This document shows positions 17,851-20,000 of a stretch of 20,000 nt of DNA, one piece after another. Made by a program: the position numbers and the translations under genes. The notes below the pieces were generated by a model. The model saw only the letters and a program-made list of their open reading frames with translations. It was not told where the DNA came from and made no database searches. The stretch comes from an uncultured virus (IMG/VR IMGVR_UViG_3300026125_000001). Lineage: Duplodnaviria > Heunggongvirae > Uroviricota > Caudoviricetes. The stretch lies in IMG/VR virus record IMGVR_UViG_3300026125_000001; one strand, given 5' to 3'. The number at the start of each line of letters is the position of its first letter. The first letter of the stretch is position 1.

Positions 17851-18989
17851 TATATTCCGAACCTCCCTCTTAGAGCGTTGAAGTTTTGCTTTACTTCTGT
17901 TGCTGATAATGCTCTGCGGTATATCCTGGTCATGGCATTTACTCCATTCCAGTATCTTCCTCCACCTCCCCATCTACCAAGTCGTAAAAATTCAGTACCA
18001 TCATAATTAATAGCTGGAGCTGCACCCGAGGCAACTTGTTCTCCATTAATATAAATGACTTTAGTATTAGTTGATGGGTTATGAGTACAAACTACATGCT
18101 GCCACACATTTGCTGTTAAATTAAAATTCACAGTAGATCCGGTTGTGTAAAAATAATACTGATTGAGCGTAGTACTGTTTTGTTGAATAACCCAACCTCT
18201 ACTGTTAGTATGATTATTATCTATGATATCAGCATATTGAACTTGTGAAGATCCTGGCTTAACCATTAATTCGATGGATAGTGTGGTTTCTGTAAATCCT
18301 GAACCAACATCTAAGTAATTCGATGACCCATTAAAACTAAAGGTGTTATCACTATTATAAGTTAAAGAGCTAGATGTAATAGTATTATCACCTGCCCAAT
18401 CTACTATTTCTTTCTGATTAGGATTGTATATCTTTGAAAAACTAGAGGCTGATGAATTACGTTCTAGTTGTAAACCATCGTACCATATTTCTACTCCATT
18501 ACCTAAAGAATCTGGTCCATCAAATCTTATTGTTATGGAAGCAGTTGTTGCGTCTGTCATCGTTCTAGTTGTTGTTATTCGTTGCCATTCAGAATTAATA
18601 CTATAAGATGGATTAGATATTGATGTGTATGCACCGTTTACATTAGACTCGAATATCCATATCGCTGATGTTGTAGGTACACTTGAACGTACCCAACAAC
18701 TTGCTGTCCATGTTTCGCCTTGCACCGCTTCTGTAATAATCCATTGCGATCCACTATATGTATTAGTATAAGGATCAGTATCGCTAGTTACTGTCATTTT
18801 TAGTGGCGTATTACCCACAGGACTTTGTATAGTATCCCTTTCAAGAGTACATCTAGCACCTACATTAAACCACGAATATAAATCTGTAGAGTATTGAAAA
18901 GCATTTTTACCGTAGGATCTTGTGCTTCCCATATCATAAGCAAATACTAATCCATCTTTTACTATTTTTGCTCCGTGGCCTAGACTCAT
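17850..18989 (-). CDS. LamG / concanavalin A-like lectin protein with inserted CBM-like domain (379 aa)
   Basis: FSFNGSSNYLD, WQHVVCTH, IYINGEQV and IYRRALSATEVKQNFNALRGRFGI; insert GETWTASCWVRS..WQRIT..DGLQLE. Confidence 0.85.
   Translation of the reverse strand: MSLGHGAKIVKDGLVFAYDMGSTRSYGKNAFQYSTDLYSWFNVGARCTLERDTIQSPVGNTPLKMTVTSDTDPYTNTYSGSQWIITEAVQGETWTASCWVRSSVPTTSAIWIFESNVNGAYTSISNPSYSINSEWQRITTTRTMTDATTASITIRFDGPDSLGNGVEIWYDGLQLERNSSASSFSKIYNPNQKEIVDWAGDNTITSSSLTYNSDNTFSFNGSSNYLDVGSGFTETTLSIELMVKPGSSQVQYADIIDNNHTNSRGWVIQQNSTTLNQYYFYTTGSTVNFNLTANVWQHVVCTHNPSTNTKVIYINGEQVASGAAPAINYDGTEFLRLGRWGGGGRYWNGVNAMTRIYRRALSATEVKQNFNALRGRFGI
18928..18956. repeat. 29-bp perfect direct repeat, copy 2
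   Basis: Identical to 17789-17817. Confidence 0.95.
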
Positions 18990-19645
18990 AAATTAAACCT
19001 TTCTTTTAAAACTTTAAAGTTATACTCAATTTCAGCACCAGTTAGTGGTTTATTATAGTTTACCCAATGAAATAAAGTATGGTTTCCTGGATTTTGTATT
19101 GTTGTTTTAGTAGCATGTCTACTGTTAAACTTCCAATAAGAAGAGTTGCTAACAAGAGTTCCATTAGCAGGATACGTGTAAGTGTTAGCCAAAACACCGT
19201 TTTTATATGTTTTTATATAAGTTCCATCATAAGTTATGGCAATATATGCAGTTTCCCCGACCGAAATGGTTACTCCTGTGTTATACCAAAACCAAGCTTG
19301 GTTGCTAGTATAAATAGCCCACTGAAGAGCACCACCATCATCTCTTATTTCCCAAGAATTTTCTTTATTAATAACAATGTCTTCGCCAGAACCTGCAGAA
19401 TCTCTTCGATAAACTACGCTGACTGTATTACGATCTGCGTTATGTGTAGAATTATCAACTGCTATAAATTGTGACTCATTGCAAACTAAACCATTATTGA
19501 CAATTGTGGGTGTACCATAGTGGTAATTAGTATCGCTTGACAACGCTTCAACCGTGTTACTACCGCTAACACACTTTGCGTTAGCGATATCTACAATAAA
19601 CATTGCCCCTTTGGTTATAATAGAACTACCGTAACCAATTGCCAT
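18986..19645 (-). CDS. LamG / concanavalin A-like lectin protein (219 aa, no insert)
   Basis: MAIGYGSSIITKGAMFIVD, YIAITYDGTYIKTYKNG and YNKPLTGAEIEYNFKVLKERFNL. Confidence 0.82.
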   Translation of the reverse strand: MAIGYGSSIITKGAMFIVDIANAKCVSGSNTVEALSSDTNYHYGTPTIVNNGLVCNESQFIAVDNSTHNADRNTVSVVYRRDSAGSGEDIVINKENSWEIRDDGGALQWAIYTSNQAWFWYNTGVTISVGETAYIAITYDGTYIKTYKNGVLANTYTYPANGTLVSNSSYWKFNSRHATKTTIQNPGNHTLFHWVNYNKPLTGAEIEYNFKVLKERFNL

Positions 19646-20000
19646 TATTCTTCAAACTCCGTTACAAGTTTATCGACATCTTTACGTTCACCGTATACAA
19701 TGTAGAAGCAGTTAATCTCTTCAGCATCCGAATCTACAGTAACAGTTTCGTTATCGAAGTCAACGACCCATAGGTCTTGTTTCTTACCAATAGCAGTTAG
19801 TTCAACGGTAATAGAATCTTCATGTACTAACCCTTTCCAGTATTCAGGCAGCTCAATAGTATCAGAACCATTCAGACGACCACGAACGTATACACCATTC
19901 TCTGGACCCTCAAGAGATCCGTAACGTAGTTTGTGACCTTCTTTAGTTGGGTGATCAATGGTGAATGACTTAGTAGTAGCTGTTAAGAGACCGTTAATTT
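19645..20000 (-). CDS. C-terminus of a fibre-like virion protein (5'-truncated by the window)
   Basis: Translated by hand: INGLLTATTKSFTIDHPTKEGHKLRYGSLEGPENGVYVRGRL..IELPEYWKGLVHEDSITVELTAIG..CFYIVYGERKDVDKLVTEFEE*. I recall this as a C-terminal domain of aquatic-phage fibre proteins. TAATG-coupled to the first LamG gene. Confidence 0.75.
   Translation of the reverse strand, partial: INGLLTATTKSFTIDHPTKEGHKLRYGSLEGPENGVYVRGRLNGSDTIELPEYWKGLVHEDSITVELTAIGKKQDLWVVDFDNETVTVDSDAEEINCFYIVYGERKDVDKLVTEFEE

Noticed and set aside
17851..17973. 41-aa N-terminal extension of the 434-aa ORF in the track
   Set aside because: It overlaps the upstream LamG gene out of frame; the ATG at 17850 gives a TAATG overlap and a paralog-like N-terminus.
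19309..19316. TATAAATA on the plus strand
   Set aside because: Intragenic and antisense in AT-rich sequence with no credible downstream gene; likely chance.
1384..19474. Other short plus-strand and alternate-frame ORFs in the track
   Set aside because: All overlap tightly packed, coupled minus-strand genes and show no protein-family features.
4900..19645. Diversity-generating retroelement, invertase shufflon or CRISPR array driving adhesin variation
   Set aside because: No reverse transcriptase or recombinase gene, no adenine-specific TR/VR pair, no inverted gene cassettes and no spaced repeat array seen in this window.
1..20000. Stop-codon reassignment or an intron/intein in terL
   Set aside because: Genes pack tightly under the standard code with TAA, TAG and TGA all used as stops, and the terL motifs are collinear with normal spacing.

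Overview
This is a fragment of a T4-like myovirus genome with every credible gene on the minus strand. The left end holds the conserved virion core: gp13 and gp14 (neck), gp15 (tail terminator), terS and a 3'-truncated terL. Upstream of gp13, where T4 has gene 12 and wac, lies an accessory fibre/adhesin island of more than 15 kb, divided by T4 late promoters (TATAAATA). In transcription order it encodes: a partial fibre-like protein; three LamG-like lectin paralogs plus an unannotated 57-aa mini-paralog; a tail fibre with a peptidase S74 chaperone; a 72-aa ORF; and two parallel cassettes, each of three FG-GAP-like beta-propeller proteins followed by one enzyme. The first cassette ends in a divergent LipB-type acyltransferase and the second in a 2OG-Fe(II) oxygenase. 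The propellers look paralogous position by position (A-B-C-LipB / A'-B'-C'-oxygenase). This duplicated 'propeller triplet + modifying enzyme' module is the most interesting candidate system; its function is inferred, not shown.
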